NCBI GenBank assembly: GCA_046598045.1
Contig: JBKJJJ010000174.1
Location: forward strand, 1 to 64,000
Source: Candidatus Eiseniibacteriota bacterium
GTDB lineage: Bacteria; Eisenbacteria; RBG-16-71-46; DASYSL01
DNA: 64,000 nt
Direction of reading: 5' to 3'
Shown: positions 24,202-33,617 of the stretch, piece by piece
How the letters are laid out: each line of letters starts with the position of its first letter
Position numbering within the stretch: the first letter of the stretch is position 1
Program-made: the position numbers and the translations under genes
Notes under the pieces: model-generated
Told to the model about the DNA's origin: nothing
The model's input: the letters and a program-made list of their open reading frames with translations, nothing else
Database searches by the model: none

Positions 24202-25403
24202 GCGCCGGCCCCGGACTCGAGGGCGCGCCGAATCACGCGCACGCCCAGGTCGACCGCGAGCGGGAGCGCCGCCTCCTCGGGATTGAAGCGCCCCGAGTGG
24301 TGCGGGAACGTCTTCGACCCGTCGGGGTTCGCGGAACCGACGTTGTAGTAACAGCCCGGGACGCGTTCGAGGAAGCGGGACATGTCCTCGGACCCGGTCG
24401 TCCAGAACTGCGTGATGCGGTCCTCGCCCACGAGCGCGGTCGCGACTTCGCGCACGAGCTCGGTCGGGCCCGCGGCGTTGATCGTCGGCGGGTAGTTGTA
24501 CTGGAACGCAAACTCGATGCCCGCACCGTGCGCCCCCGCGATTGCAGTGGCGAGCGTCTCGATGCGACCGCGAATGTGGTCGGTCAGCGCCTTGTCGAAG
24601 GTGCGCACCGTGCCCTCGAGGCGGGCCGAGGTGGGCAGGATGTTCGACTTCGTCCCCGCGTGCAGCATGCCGACGGTGACGACCGCGGTCTCGCACGGAT
24701 CGACCGAGCGGCTGACCACGGTCTGGAGAGCCATGACGATGTGCGCCGCGACCACGATCAGGTCCGGCGCCTGGTGGGGCGAGGCGCCGTGTCCGCCCTT
24801 GGAGGAGAGCGTGATCTGGAACTCGTTCGAGCCCGCGTACACGCCGCCGACCTTGACCCCCACGCTGCCGACCGCCTCGTCGTTGTTGAGGTGCATCGCG
24901 AAGCTGATGTCGGGCTTCACCCAGTCGAGCACGCCGTCCTTGATCATTGCGCCCGCGCCGTCGCCGCCCTCCTCGGCAGGCTGGAACAGCATCGCGACCC
25001 TGCCCGCAAACTCGCCGCGCGATTGCGCGAGCACGCGCGCCATCACGAGCGCGACCGCGGTGTGGCCGTCGTGGCCGCAGGCGTGCATGAGCCCGGCGGT
25101 CTTCGACGCGTACGGGGCGCCGGTCTCCTCGGTCAGCGGCAGCGCGTCCATGTCGGCGCGGTAGAGCACGGTCCTGCCCGGCTTCGCGCCCTCGATGATC
25201 GCGACCACGCCGGACTTGCCGATGCCGGTGCGGACTTCGAGGCCGAGTGCCTTCAGGTAGTCGGCGACCTTGCCGCTGGTGTAGGGCAGGTCGAACAGCA
25301 GCTCGGGGTGGGCATGGAAGTCCCGGCGCAGCGCGACCACCTCGTCGGTGAGCGCGCTGACCTCGGGAGCGATCTGGATGGCGGGATCGAGGACGGGCGA
25401 CAT
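24198..25403 (-). CDS. M20 family amidohydrolase
   Basis: RRDFHAHPEL, RADMDALP, MHACGHDGH, FQPAEEG, SEDM, PHHSGRF. Confidence 0.95.
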   Translation of the reverse strand: MSPVLDPAIQIAPEVSALTDEVVALRRDFHAHPELLFDLPYTSGKVADYLKALGLEVRTGIGKSGVVAIIEGAKPGRTVLYRADMDALPLTEETGAPYASKTAGLMHACGHDGHTAVALVMARVLAQSRGEFAGRVAMLFQPAEEGGDGAGAMIKDGVLDWVKPDISFAMHLNNDEAVGSVGVKVGGVYAGSNEFQITLSSKGGHGASPHQAPDLIVVAAHIVMALQTVVSRSVDPCETAVVTVGMLHAGTKSNILPTSARLEGTVRTFDKALTDHIRGRIETLATAIAGAHGAGIEFAFQYNYPPTINAAGPTELVREVATALVGEDRITQFWTTGSEDMSRFLERVPGCYYNVGSANPDGSKTFPHHSGRFNPEEAALPLAVDLGVRVIRRALESGAGA

Positions 25404-25430
25404 TGCGGGTCTCCGGGGTGCGCGCGGTTG

Positions 25431-26360
25431 CTAGCGGCCGCGCCTGGGAACGCTGCTGAGGCTGTTGAACACGATCTCGGTGAAACGGTCGGGCTTGAGG
25501 TAGCCGTTGCCCCACTTCGCGTCCCACGGCGCGGTCGGCTTCGCGGCCTGGACCTGGGCGAGCGACTTGCCGCGCCTGACCTGCGCGCGGATCGCATCCC
25601 GGATCCCGACCAGCATTGCGCGATACTCGATGAACCCCGCGCGGTCGCTCACCGGCCCGTGGCCAGGGATGACCTTCGTCGCGGCGTCCATCAGGGGAAG
25701 TGCGCGGTCCGCCGCGGCGATCATGCCGTCGATCGAGCCGCCGGATTCGAGGTCGATGATCGGGTAGAAGCCGCTGAAGAACGCGTCTCCCATGTGAACC
25801 ACGTTCGCCTTCTCGAAGCGCACGATCACGTCGCCGTCGGTGTGCGCATGATCGACGTGCCGCGCGTGGATCGTCTCGTCGCCGAGGTGGAGCGTGACGT
25901 CGCGGTCGAACGTGAGCAGCGGCAGCGCGGCAGGCTTCGCGGGCGGGGTCGTGCGGTCGAAGAACTTCGAGACCTGCCCCTCGGTCATGCGCTTGCGCAC
26001 GTTGTCCTGCGCGACGATCACGGCCCCGGCCTGCGCCAGGTTCTCGTTGCCGCCGACATGGTCGCCGTGCCAGTGCGTGTCCAGCACGAGCCGGACCGGC
26101 CGGTCGCTCAGCGCCTTCACCGCGGCCAGGATCCGGGGCGTCAGGGGCGCGAACTGGTCGTCGACCAGCAGCACGCCGTCGGCCGAGACCAGGACCCCGA
26201 TGTTGCCGCCCGCGCCGAACAGCGCTGAAACGCCGCCGGCGAGCGATTGGGTCTTGATCTCGACCTTGTCGAAGTCCGAGCCCTGGGCGCGCGCCACAGG
26301 CGCGGCGACGAGCGCGAATCCGAGCGCAAGCAGACAGACGGCGGAGCGGCGGCGAAGCAT
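25431..26360 (-). CDS. Secreted MBL-fold metallo-hydrolase (cyclase-like)
   Basis: Signal peptide, VDDQFAP, THWHGDHVGGN, HTDGD, HMGD, IPGHG. Confidence 0.92.
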   Translation of the reverse strand: MLRRRSAVCLLALGFALVAAPVARAQGSDFDKVEIKTQSLAGGVSALFGAGGNIGVLVSADGVLLVDDQFAPLTPRILAAVKALSDRPVRLVLDTHWHGDHVGGNENLAQAGAVIVAQDNVRKRMTEGQVSKFFDRTTPPAKPAALPLLTFDRDVTLHLGDETIHARHVDHAHTDGDVIVRFEKANVVHMGDAFFSGFYPIIDLESGGSIDGMIAAADRALPLMDAATKVIPGHGPVSDRAGFIEYRAMLVGIRDAIRAQVRRGKSLAQVQAAKPTAPWDAKWGNGYLKPDRFTEIVFNSLSSVPRRGR

Positions 26361-26473
26361 GGAACCTCCGTGGTCGGGTCGTGCGGGAGGGGCGACGATG
26401 CGGGCGCAGTTTAGCATGCGCCGGGCCCGCGCGCCCTGTGCAGGAGGGGCGGCGGGGTGTAGGGTTCCGACCC

Positions 26474-27445
26474 ATGGGCGAACCCAAGACCATACTGACC
26501 GTCGCGCAGGGTGAAACCGCGCGCGAGTTCCAGCTCGACGAGTTGCCGGGGCTGGCCGCCGACCCCAAAGCCCGTATCTGGATCGACCTCGAGAACACCG
26601 GCACCGCGGGCTTCGACGCGCTCGCGCCGACGTTCGTGTTCCATCCCATGGCGGTCGAGGACTGCGTCATGGACGTGAACTTCCCGCGCGTCGACGACTA
26701 CGAGAAGTACCTCTACCTCGCGGTGCACAGCGCGCGCTGGGACGACGACAACACCGGGCCGGAGATCAAGGAACTCGACATCCTGCTCGGCAACAACTTC
26801 ATTCTCACCTATCACGAGGACGAGACGCGCGGCGTGACCCGCGCGCACGAGTTGGTGCGCCGGCGCCCACAGATTCTGGCGAAGGGCCCGGACCACCTGC
26901 TCTACCTGATCCTCGACGTCATGGTCGACAACTACACGCCGATCCTGGAGCGCGTGCAGGGCGAGGTCGACCAGCTCGAGGAGAAGATCCTGAGCTCGCC
27001 GAGCCGCAAGCTGCTGTCCGAGATCCTGCGCTTCAAGCGCGGGATCGCAGCCCTGAGGCGCATCATCGGGCCGCAACGCGACACCATCCTCGCGCTCACC
27101 CGCGACGAGTACGACCTGATCCGCCCGGAGATGCGCCCCTACCTGCGCGACGTCTACGACCGGCTGGCGCGGACCTCGGACCTGCTCGATTCCTTCCGCG
27201 ACGAGCTCGCGACCATGCTCGACATCTACGTCAGCCAGGTCTCGAACCAGCTCAACGAGGTCATGAAGGTGCTGACCGCGATCACGGTCATCATCGTGCC
27301 CGTCACGCTGGTGGCGAGTATCTACGGCATGAACGTGGTCTTCCCCGGGTTCAACACCGCGCAGGGATTCTACGTCGCCGTGGCGATCATGGCGCTCACC
27401 GCGCTCGGGATGATCTGGTACTTCCGCAGCCGGCGCTGGCTGTAG
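26474..27445 (+). CDS. corA: Mg/Co transporter CorA
   Basis: HPMAVED, PYLRDVYD, NEVMKVLT, YGMN signature. Confidence 0.93.
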   Translation: MGEPKTILTVAQGETAREFQLDELPGLAADPKARIWIDLENTGTAGFDALAPTFVFHPMAVEDCVMDVNFPRVDDYEKYLYLAVHSARWDDDNTGPEIKELDILLGNNFILTYHEDETRGVTRAHELVRRRPQILAKGPDHLLYLILDVMVDNYTPILERVQGEVDQLEEKILSSPSRKLLSEILRFKRGIAALRRIIGPQRDTILALTRDEYDLIRPEMRPYLRDVYDRLARTSDLLDSFRDELATMLDIYVSQVSNQLNEVMKVLTAITVIIVPVTLVASIYGMNVVFPGFNTAQGFYVAVAIMALTALGMIWYFRSRRWL

Positions 27446-27668
27446 CGGCAGCGCCGCACTCCGTCGAAGCCGATCACAGGGCGCCTGGCCCCGGCGGGCC
27501 GGCAGGGCGCCGCGACCGATGGGGCTCGGAGGCACATCGTGGCCTCCCGGCGCGGGTTAGCGGGCCCGGGACGACCGGGCCGGCCGGGCCCGGGATGCGC
27601 TCCGAATCCGGCCCGGCGGTTGCTATTGTCATGGGAGGCAGCTCCACCCAACCCGGAGGTCTTGCGCC

Positions 27669-28079
27669 ATGAACCAAAGCCGTTTCCCCCTCGCCCGCTC
27701 CCTGGCCCTTGCCACGGTGGCCGTGGCGGCCGTGCTCGCCCTGGCCGCCGGAATCAAGGCCGGCCCGTCGACCGCGGCTGGCGCCACGCCCCCTCGCGCG
27801 GCGGCGGGGCGCGGCGGCGCCGTCATCGCGACCTACGGCGTGGGCGGCGTGCTCAAGACCGACGGGCGGCTCTACCAGTGGCGCCCCGAGAAGAAGCAGT
27901 GGGTCACGATCGACGAGTCGTTCCGGCTCGACGGCGAGAACCGCAGCATCCTGCCGCTCCCGGTCCCGGCCACGGACGTGACCCGGATGGAGGGATTCGG
28001 CTTCCTGGTGACCCGATCCGGGGTGTGCTGGCTTTACAACCTCGACACCAATCGCTGGGAGAACATCGGCCGGCCTTAG
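27669..28079 (+). CDS. Secreted hypothetical protein
   Basis: ATG after GGAGG, N-terminal hydrophobic signal, Trp-rich beta domain. Confidence 0.7.
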   Translation: MNQSRFPLARSLALATVAVAAVLALAAGIKAGPSTAAGATPPRAAAGRGGAVIATYGVGGVLKTDGRLYQWRPEKKQWVTIDESFRLDGENRSILPLPVPATDVTRMEGFGFLVTRSGVCWLYNLDTNRWENIGRP

Positions 28080-28184
28080 TGCGGCCGGGTGCTAGACTCA
28101 AGGCGTAAGCGACAGCCCCGGCGACGGCCGGGAGCCGCTCGACCAGGCGGCAGTCGGGGGCGCGTCCCCGGAAAGGCGGATCTC

Positions 28185-29606
28185 GTGAACAGCATTCGAC
28201 GTGCGGGCGTTGCGACGCTGGTCGCCCTCGCGATCTGCATGACGGCCTCGGTCGCATCGGCGATCGAGTACGACGACGTGATCGGCCTCACCCGCCAGGG
28301 TGTGTCCGACCGCACGATCGTCGAGTTGATCGTCAAGGACGGCCGCGCGTTCGAGATGAACGATCACGAGATCCAGCAGCTCGAGGACGCCGACGTGAGC
28401 CAGGTCGTCATCGACGCCATGCTCGACCCCGTCGCCGGCCAGGACTGGCTCGATGGAAAGTCGACCGGCGGCTACGACGAGGATGGCCTCCCGACCGGCA
28501 GCGGCTCGGGCGGCTATTCGACGTCGCTCGACCGGGCCTATCGCAACGGCTACGACGACGGCCGCAGCACCGCGCTCGTGTACTCCTTCGGCTACTACTA
28601 CGGGCCGCTCGCGCGCTACTACTATTGCGATCCGTTCTACTACCCGTTCTGGTCCTCGGGCTATTCCAGCGTGTACTGGCCGTCGTACTGCGCGTTCAGC
28701 TACCGGCCGTCCTACGACTGGTGCTACGCGTACCCGTACAACTACTACAATTACAATTCGTACTACTGCTACACGTACTACGACCCGGGCTACTACGCGA
28801 ACAAGGGATACTACGTGGCCCCTGGCTCCGGCCGCACGGTGTGGGACAACGGTCCGCGCTGGCGCGACGGTGGACTGGCGCCGGGGAGCGGCGCGTTCGA
28901 CGGCCGCACCGATGGCGCGCGTTCGCGCCTGCTGGCGGGCCAGTTCGTCGATGCGGACCATGGCGTCGGCCGTCCGTCCGCTCCGCCCATCCTGCGCCCC
29001 GCGCCGGTTCAGCGCGTCGTCACCCGCGAGGGCGGCGAGACGGGCAACGGCAAGCTTCTCGGCGACCGCACCGGTGCACGCCGGGACCTGCTGTCCGGCG
29101 CGCGCGTCGGCAACGGCCGCGTGATCCGCGAGGTTTCGCCCGTGACGCCGGGCCAGGAACGCCGCACCACGGTCGCCCGGGGCGCCGAGCCGACGCGCCG
29201 CCCGGCCCATAGCGGCCTCGGCGATCGCCTGGGTCGGAACGAGCCACGCCAGGACACCGCGCAAGGGCGCGTGGCGCGCGACGGCCGCACCATGCGCGAG
29301 CAGCCCGATCGCGGCGTCGTCCGCACGCCGTCGCGCCGGGACGACGCGGCGCGCGAATCCGGCCGCGACCAGGGTCGCCGGGTCGACTCGCCGCGCCGCG
29401 GCGAGCCCACCCCGGAGCGCCGCGTCGAGCGCGCGCCCGAAGTTCGGCGCGACGACAATTCCGACCGCGGCCCGGCCGTCCGCCCGGAGCGTGCGCCGGA
29501 ACCAGGGCGCGAACCCGCGCGCGGCGAGAACCCGAATCCCCGTCCGGCGACGTCCGACCGGGGCGACGAGGATCGCGGCAACCGGGGCGAGGGACGCAAC
29601 CGCTGA
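28185..29606 (+). CDS. Secreted protein with Tyr-rich low-complexity core and Arg/Asp/Glu-rich disordered tail
   Basis: Signal peptide ending ASA; small helical N-domain (DDVIGLTRQGVSD); YYY-rich block; RDE-rich C-terminus. Confidence 0.75.
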   Translation: MNSIRRAGVATLVALAICMTASVASAIEYDDVIGLTRQGVSDRTIVELIVKDGRAFEMNDHEIQQLEDADVSQVVIDAMLDPVAGQDWLDGKSTGGYDEDGLPTGSGSGGYSTSLDRAYRNGYDDGRSTALVYSFGYYYGPLARYYYCDPFYYPFWSSGYSSVYWPSYCAFSYRPSYDWCYAYPYNYYNYNSYYCYTYYDPGYYANKGYYVAPGSGRTVWDNGPRWRDGGLAPGSGAFDGRTDGARSRLLAGQFVDADHGVGRPSAPPILRPAPVQRVVTREGGETGNGKLLGDRTGARRDLLSGARVGNGRVIREVSPVTPGQERRTTVARGAEPTRRPAHSGLGDRLGRNEPRQDTAQGRVARDGRTMREQPDRGVVRTPSRRDDAARESGRDQGRRVDSPRRGEPTPERRVERAPEVRRDDNSDRGPAVRPERAPEPGREPARGENPNPRPATSDRGDEDRGNRGEGRNR

Positions 29607-29704
29607 GCGGGAGTTTTCGTAAGCCCACCGTCGTGCGATGATCCTGGGGCTCGCTTCGGCGGGCCCCATCGCATTGCGGTGGGACGCAACGCCACGGAGA
29701 TGCC

Positions 29705-30322
29705 ATGCCCGACCTCTCGAACACCTGGATGATCGCCAGCTACGCCGCCGCGGGCATCGCGCTCGCGGCCTGCGCCGGCATGCGCGCGTTCCTGCCGCTG
29801 CTCGTGGTGGGGATCGCGGGGCGGTTCGCGGGCTATCACCTGTCGGAGGGCTATCAGTGGCTGACGAGCGACGGCGCGCTGGTCACGTTCGGCATCGCGG
29901 TGATCGCCGAGACGCTGGCCGACAAGGTGCCGCTGCTCGACCACGCGCTCGACTCGGTCGGCATGATCGTCAAGCCCGCGGTCGGCACCATGGTCGCCGC
30001 GGCGATGTTCGTGCACCTGCCGCCGTTCCCGGCGACGCTGCTGGGGCTCGCGGTCGGCGGGACGATCGCGACCACCGTCGGCCTCGCCAAGGCGAAGGTC
30101 CGCATCGTCTCGAGCCTGACCACGGGCACGATGCTCAACCCGGTGCTGTCGTTCGTCGAGGACCTGGTGTCGACCGTCGTGGCGGCGGTCGCGCTGATCG
30201 CGCCGTTCCTCGCCCTCGCGTTCATCGCGTTCATCGTGGTCTACGCCGTGCGCCGCCTGCACCGCGCGTTCGGCCCGCCGCCGCCCTCGCCCACCGACCC
30301 GAAGAGCGCCGGGCCGCGTTGA
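29705..30322 (+). CDS. DUF4126-family membrane protein
   Basis: GMRAFLPLL, ETLADKVP.LDHALD, NPVLSFVED. Confidence 0.85.
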   Translation: MPDLSNTWMIASYAAAGIALAACAGMRAFLPLLVVGIAGRFAGYHLSEGYQWLTSDGALVTFGIAVIAETLADKVPLLDHALDSVGMIVKPAVGTMVAAAMFVHLPPFPATLLGLAVGGTIATTVGLAKAKVRIVSSLTTGTMLNPVLSFVEDLVSTVVAAVALIAPFLALAFIAFIVVYAVRRLHRAFGPPPPSPTDPKSAGPR

Positions 30323-31008
30323 GCCCCGCAGGATTCGTGGCGCGCAGGATTGCTGCCGAGGCCCTGGCCACGGCGGGGCTGCTCGTCGCCGTGATCGGCT
30401 CCGGAATCATGGGCGAGCGGCTCTCAGGCGGGATCGCGGGGATCGCTTTGCTCGCCAACACCCTCGCAACCGGCTGCGCGCTTGCCGTGCTGATCCTGGT
30501 ATTCGGACCGATCTCGGGTGCGCATATGAATCCGCTGATCACATTGATTGCCGACCGCCGCGAGCGACGGCCGATCTCCGAGACCCTCGGAGTCGTGGCC
30601 GCGCAAGTCGCCGGGGCCTTCTCTGGCGCTGCCGCTGCGAACCTGATGTTCGGTCTGCCCGCCTGGTTCGTATCGACCCACGCCCGAGCAGGGTGGAATC
30701 TCGGCTTCTCCGAGGCGATCGCGACATTCGGCTTGGTGCTGGTCGTGCTGGTGCTCTCTCAGCGGCGACCCGGTGCGATCCCCTTCGCGGTCGCCGCGTA
30801 TATCATGGCCGCCTACTGGTTCACGTCCTCGACGTCGTTCGCGAATCCAGCGGCGACCCTCGCCCGGGCGGCCACGGATACGTTTGCAGGCATACGCCCC
30901 GCGGACGTCCCGGTGTTTTTGCTGGGGCAGGCGCTCGGTGCCGGGCTCGCCGTTTTCGTCGCGACCTGGTTCCCTGTCGCGAGGGCGGGCGAAGCCGCGC
31001 GGACATGA
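30319..31008 (+). CDS. MIP/aquaporin-family channel (AqpS-like, arsenite)
   Basis: VIGSGIMGERL, SGAHMNPL, AYWFTSSTSFANPA; coupled to arsC; TTG start overlapping upstream stop inferred. Confidence 0.88.
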   Translation: MSPAGFVARRIAAEALATAGLLVAVIGSGIMGERLSGGIAGIALLANTLATGCALAVLILVFGPISGAHMNPLITLIADRRERRPISETLGVVAAQVAGAFSGAAAANLMFGLPAWFVSTHARAGWNLGFSEAIATFGLVLVVLVLSQRRPGAIPFAVAAYIMAAYWFTSSTSFANPAATLARAATDTFAGIRPADVPVFLLGQALGAGLAVFVATWFPVARAGEAART

Positions 31009-31418
31009 GCCAGCGCATCCTGTTCGCCTGCACTCACAACGCCGGGCGCTCGCAGATGGCGGCGGCGTTCTTCAATGCCATGGCCGATCCCGCTCGCGCA
31101 ACGGCAATCTCGGCGGGAACCGCGCCCGGGCCGCGCGTGCACCCGGTCGTGGCCGAGGCGATGTCCGAACTCGGCTTCGAGCTGGGCGGCGCTCAGCCGC
31201 AAAGGCTGACGGAAGACCTTGCCGGCTCGGCGACCCTGCTGGTGACCATGGGGTGCGGCGAGGCGTGCCCGTACGTTCCCGGGCTCGAGACCGAGGACTG
31301 GGAGCTGCCGGATCCGAAGGATCGCCCGCTCGAGGAGGTGCGCGCCGTGCGCGCGCGGATTCGCGCGCGCGTGAGCGAGTTGATCGTGGCGCGGGGATGG
31401 GGACGTCCCGACAGCTAG
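31005..31418 (+). CDS. arsC: Thioredoxin-type arsenate reductase (LMWP fold)
   Basis: CTHNAGRSQMA P-loop, MGCGEACP resolving cysteines, WELPDP. Confidence 0.9.
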   Translation: MSQRILFACTHNAGRSQMAAAFFNAMADPARATAISAGTAPGPRVHPVVAEAMSELGFELGGAQPQRLTEDLAGSATLLVTMGCGEACPYVPGLETEDWELPDPKDRPLEEVRAVRARIRARVSELIVARGWGRPDS

Positions 31419-31783
31419 CTTGCGTTGTCGAGGTGGAGCCGGTGGAGCACGCGGTGAATGACCGGGGCGAGCAGCAGGCCCGAGATGCCGATGATGACCA
31501 GTCCGCAATAGAGCGCGTAGCAGCCCGCGAAGAACTTCCCGCCGTCGGTCGCGATGTCGCCGACCGGACCCATCCCGCCCATCAGCATGCAGGCGTTGAG
31601 GAACGAGTCGATCCACGACTGCTGCGCGATCCAGTGGTAGCCGGCGATGCCGACCGCGAGCGAAACCGCGAGGACCATGGCTGCCACCGCGCCATGGTCG
31701 AGCAGGCGGCGGAGGAAGGTCTCGCGCGAGGCGAGCGGGTCCCGGCGCCCTTCGTAGCCGGAAATCAGGCGCTTCGGGATCAA
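31415..31783 (-). CDS. Small 2-TM ion-channel-pore-like membrane protein
   Basis: TM-SWIDSFLNACMLMGGMGP-TM topology; TTG start overlapping upstream stop inferred. Confidence 0.7.
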   Translation of the reverse strand: MIPKRLISGYEGRRDPLASRETFLRRLLDHGAVAAMVLAVSLAVGIAGYHWIAQQSWIDSFLNACMLMGGMGPVGDIATDGGKFFAGCYALYCGLVIIGISGLLLAPVIHRVLHRLHLDNAS

Positions 31784-32160
31784 GCGTGGCCCTGTTCGAG
31801 GAGCCACACCTCGGCGTCGGCGATGGTCAGGAACGCCTCCACGCGCACGCCCACGAGGTCGGCCATGGCCGCGATCATGCGGCTCACGCCGTAGCGCGCC
31901 ATGCCCTGCACGACCACCGCGATCGGGCCCTGGAACGATGCCTTGAGCAGGCTGAGCATGTCGCGGAACTTGAGCGCGTCCTCGTACGAGGCGAGGTACT
32001 CGAGTTCGCGGCCGTCCATGAGGATCGCGAACGCGGGATCGTACCGCGGCTCGACGATGAGCGCGTCGACGGTGCGCCGGACCTCGGCGTAGTTCGAGGC
32101 GCCGAAGGCGCGGATCAGGACGCGCCGCGCTGCGGGATCGATGGTGTATTCGTAGGGCAT
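31780..32160 (-). CDS. STAS/SpoIIAA-like hypothetical protein
   Basis: ILMDGR..IAVVV..YGVSRM..EAF..AEVWL pattern; 126 aa. Confidence 0.65.
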   Translation of the reverse strand: MPYEYTIDPAARRVLIRAFGASNYAEVRRTVDALIVEPRYDPAFAILMDGRELEYLASYEDALKFRDMLSLLKASFQGPIAVVVQGMARYGVSRMIAAMADLVGVRVEAFLTIADAEVWLLEQGHA

Positions 32161-32174
32161 GATTGCATTGGATC

Positions 32175-33470
32175 CTACTCTTGGCTGGCCACCCGCGGGA
32201 GATAAACCGAGACTGTCGTTCCCTTCCCGGGCGCCGACTCGACGTGCAGGAAGCCGCCGCATGCCTCGACGATTCGGTAGACCACCGACAACCCGAGACC
32301 CGAGCTCTGGCCCGCCGCCTTGGTGGTGAAGAACGGCTCGAAGATGTGCCGGCGCGTTTTCTCGTCCATGCCCGACCCGGTGTCGGTGACGTCGAGCACG
32401 ACGTAGATCCCCGGGGAGCCGTTCCCGTCGGCGACGTGTTTCTCCGAGACCGCGATCCGGATCGTGCCGCCGTTCGTCATCGCGTCGCGCGCGTTGGTGA
32501 CCAGGTTGAGCAGGATGCGTTCGAGGCGCGGGGGCGAGATCAGGACCCACTCCGGCGTGGTCGAGGGGATGATCTCGAGCGTGATGCGTCGGCCCACGGT
32601 CTGGGTCAGCACGTCCTTGAACTTCGCGAGCACCTCACGCACGCGCACAGCGTGCGGCCGCTCGCTGGTGTCCTCGCGCCCGATTGCCAGCAACTCGCGC
32701 GTGAGCTCGACGCCGCGATCCGCGGCCGCCACGATGCGCGCGGCCTGCTCGAGCACGCTCGGTGACGCGCTCTCCTCGGACTCGATCAGCCGCGCGTGGC
32801 CGAGCACGACCGAGAGGATGTTGCGAAAATCGTGCGCCACCCCGGCCGCGAGGCGCCCGAGCGCCTCCATCTTGCGCACCTCGGCGAGCAATTCCTCGTG
32901 CTCGTGGAGCGCGGTCTCGGCGTCGCGGCGGGCCGCGGCCTCGAACTGGAGGGCAACCGTGTCCGCGACCGATCCCGCGAACGCGCAATCCTCGGCGGAC
33001 CATTGGCGGGTGTGGCCCACAGTCTCGTGGCACACGACCCCGACGACCTCGCCGCCCTGGTAGATCGGCGCGTCGAGCATCGAGTGGATGTCGAGTGGTT
33101 CGAGGTAGGTGGCACGGAAGTCGCGCGTGGCGTCGTGCGTCCGCGCGTCCTCGGCGGCGATCACGCGCTGGGTTTCGAGCGCCTCGAAATAGGCCGGGAA
33201 GTCGCGGCGGAAGAAGATCGAACCTTCGGAGTGCTGGTCGCGCTTCGCCTCGTAGAGCTCGAAGCAGCGGATCGCGCTCCTCGCCTCGACGAACAGCCAG
33301 ACGCTCACCCGTTCGATGCCGAGCGTGGTGGCGGCGAGGCGGGTCGACCGCTTGAGGACGGGGCGCAGGGAGGCGCCACCATCGACGCGCAGGCGCGCGA
33401 GGCGGAGCCAGGCGGACTCGTACAGCGATCGACCCGGTTCGAGGGGGGTCGGCTCGACGATAGGCGGCAT
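32175..33470 (-). CDS. Cytoplasmic GAF-domain sensor histidine kinase
   Basis: GAF (ERVSVWLF..SMLDAPI..GVVCHE), LAAGVAHDFRN H-box, NLVTNARDAM, FEPFFTTK. Confidence 0.9.
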   Translation of the reverse strand: MPPIVEPTPLEPGRSLYESAWLRLARLRVDGGASLRPVLKRSTRLAATTLGIERVSVWLFVEARSAIRCFELYEAKRDQHSEGSIFFRRDFPAYFEALETQRVIAAEDARTHDATRDFRATYLEPLDIHSMLDAPIYQGGEVVGVVCHETVGHTRQWSAEDCAFAGSVADTVALQFEAAARRDAETALHEHEELLAEVRKMEALGRLAAGVAHDFRNILSVVLGHARLIESEESASPSVLEQAARIVAAADRGVELTRELLAIGREDTSERPHAVRVREVLAKFKDVLTQTVGRRITLEIIPSTTPEWVLISPPRLERILLNLVTNARDAMTNGGTIRIAVSEKHVADGNGSPGIYVVLDVTDTGSGMDEKTRRHIFEPFFTTKAAGQSSGLGLSVVYRIVEACGGFLHVESAPGKGTTVSVYLPRVASQE

Positions 33471-33546
33471 CTTGGACTCCGTGTCCCTGGGGGGGAACAC
33501 GGACTCTGGGCCCTTCCGCGGGGCCCGTCAACCGACCCGCCCCGCC

Positions 33547-33576
33547 TTGCCGATTCCGCCCGCTCCGGGCTACACT
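33547..33576 (+). promoter_or_regulatory. Putative sigma70-type promoter of the beta-oxidation operon
   Basis: TTGCCG-N18-TACACT about 40 nt upstream of the TTG start. Confidence 0.45.
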
Positions 33577-33617
33577 GCGCTCGTTCCTTCCCACCGCCCA
33601 AGTCGGCTGGAGGCGTC

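Noticed and set aside
25431..26360. Metallo-beta-lactamase resistance gene
   Set aside because: Motifs (VDDQFAP, HTDGD, HMGD) fit the widespread cyclase-like MBL-fold family and the subclass B1 Cys is absent
22801..26670. 1289-aa ORF as one protein, and other long overlapping ORFs (e.g. 43330-46356, 15906-18593, 13706-16042)
   Set aside because: Off-frame or antisense shadows of real genes caused by high GC; only the last 466 aa of the 22801 ORF is the MEMO1 protein
28560..28830. Tandem DNA repeat or CRISPR-like array (TAC-rich stretch)
   Set aside because: Explained by Tyr codons in a coding low-complexity region; no constant repeat-spacer period
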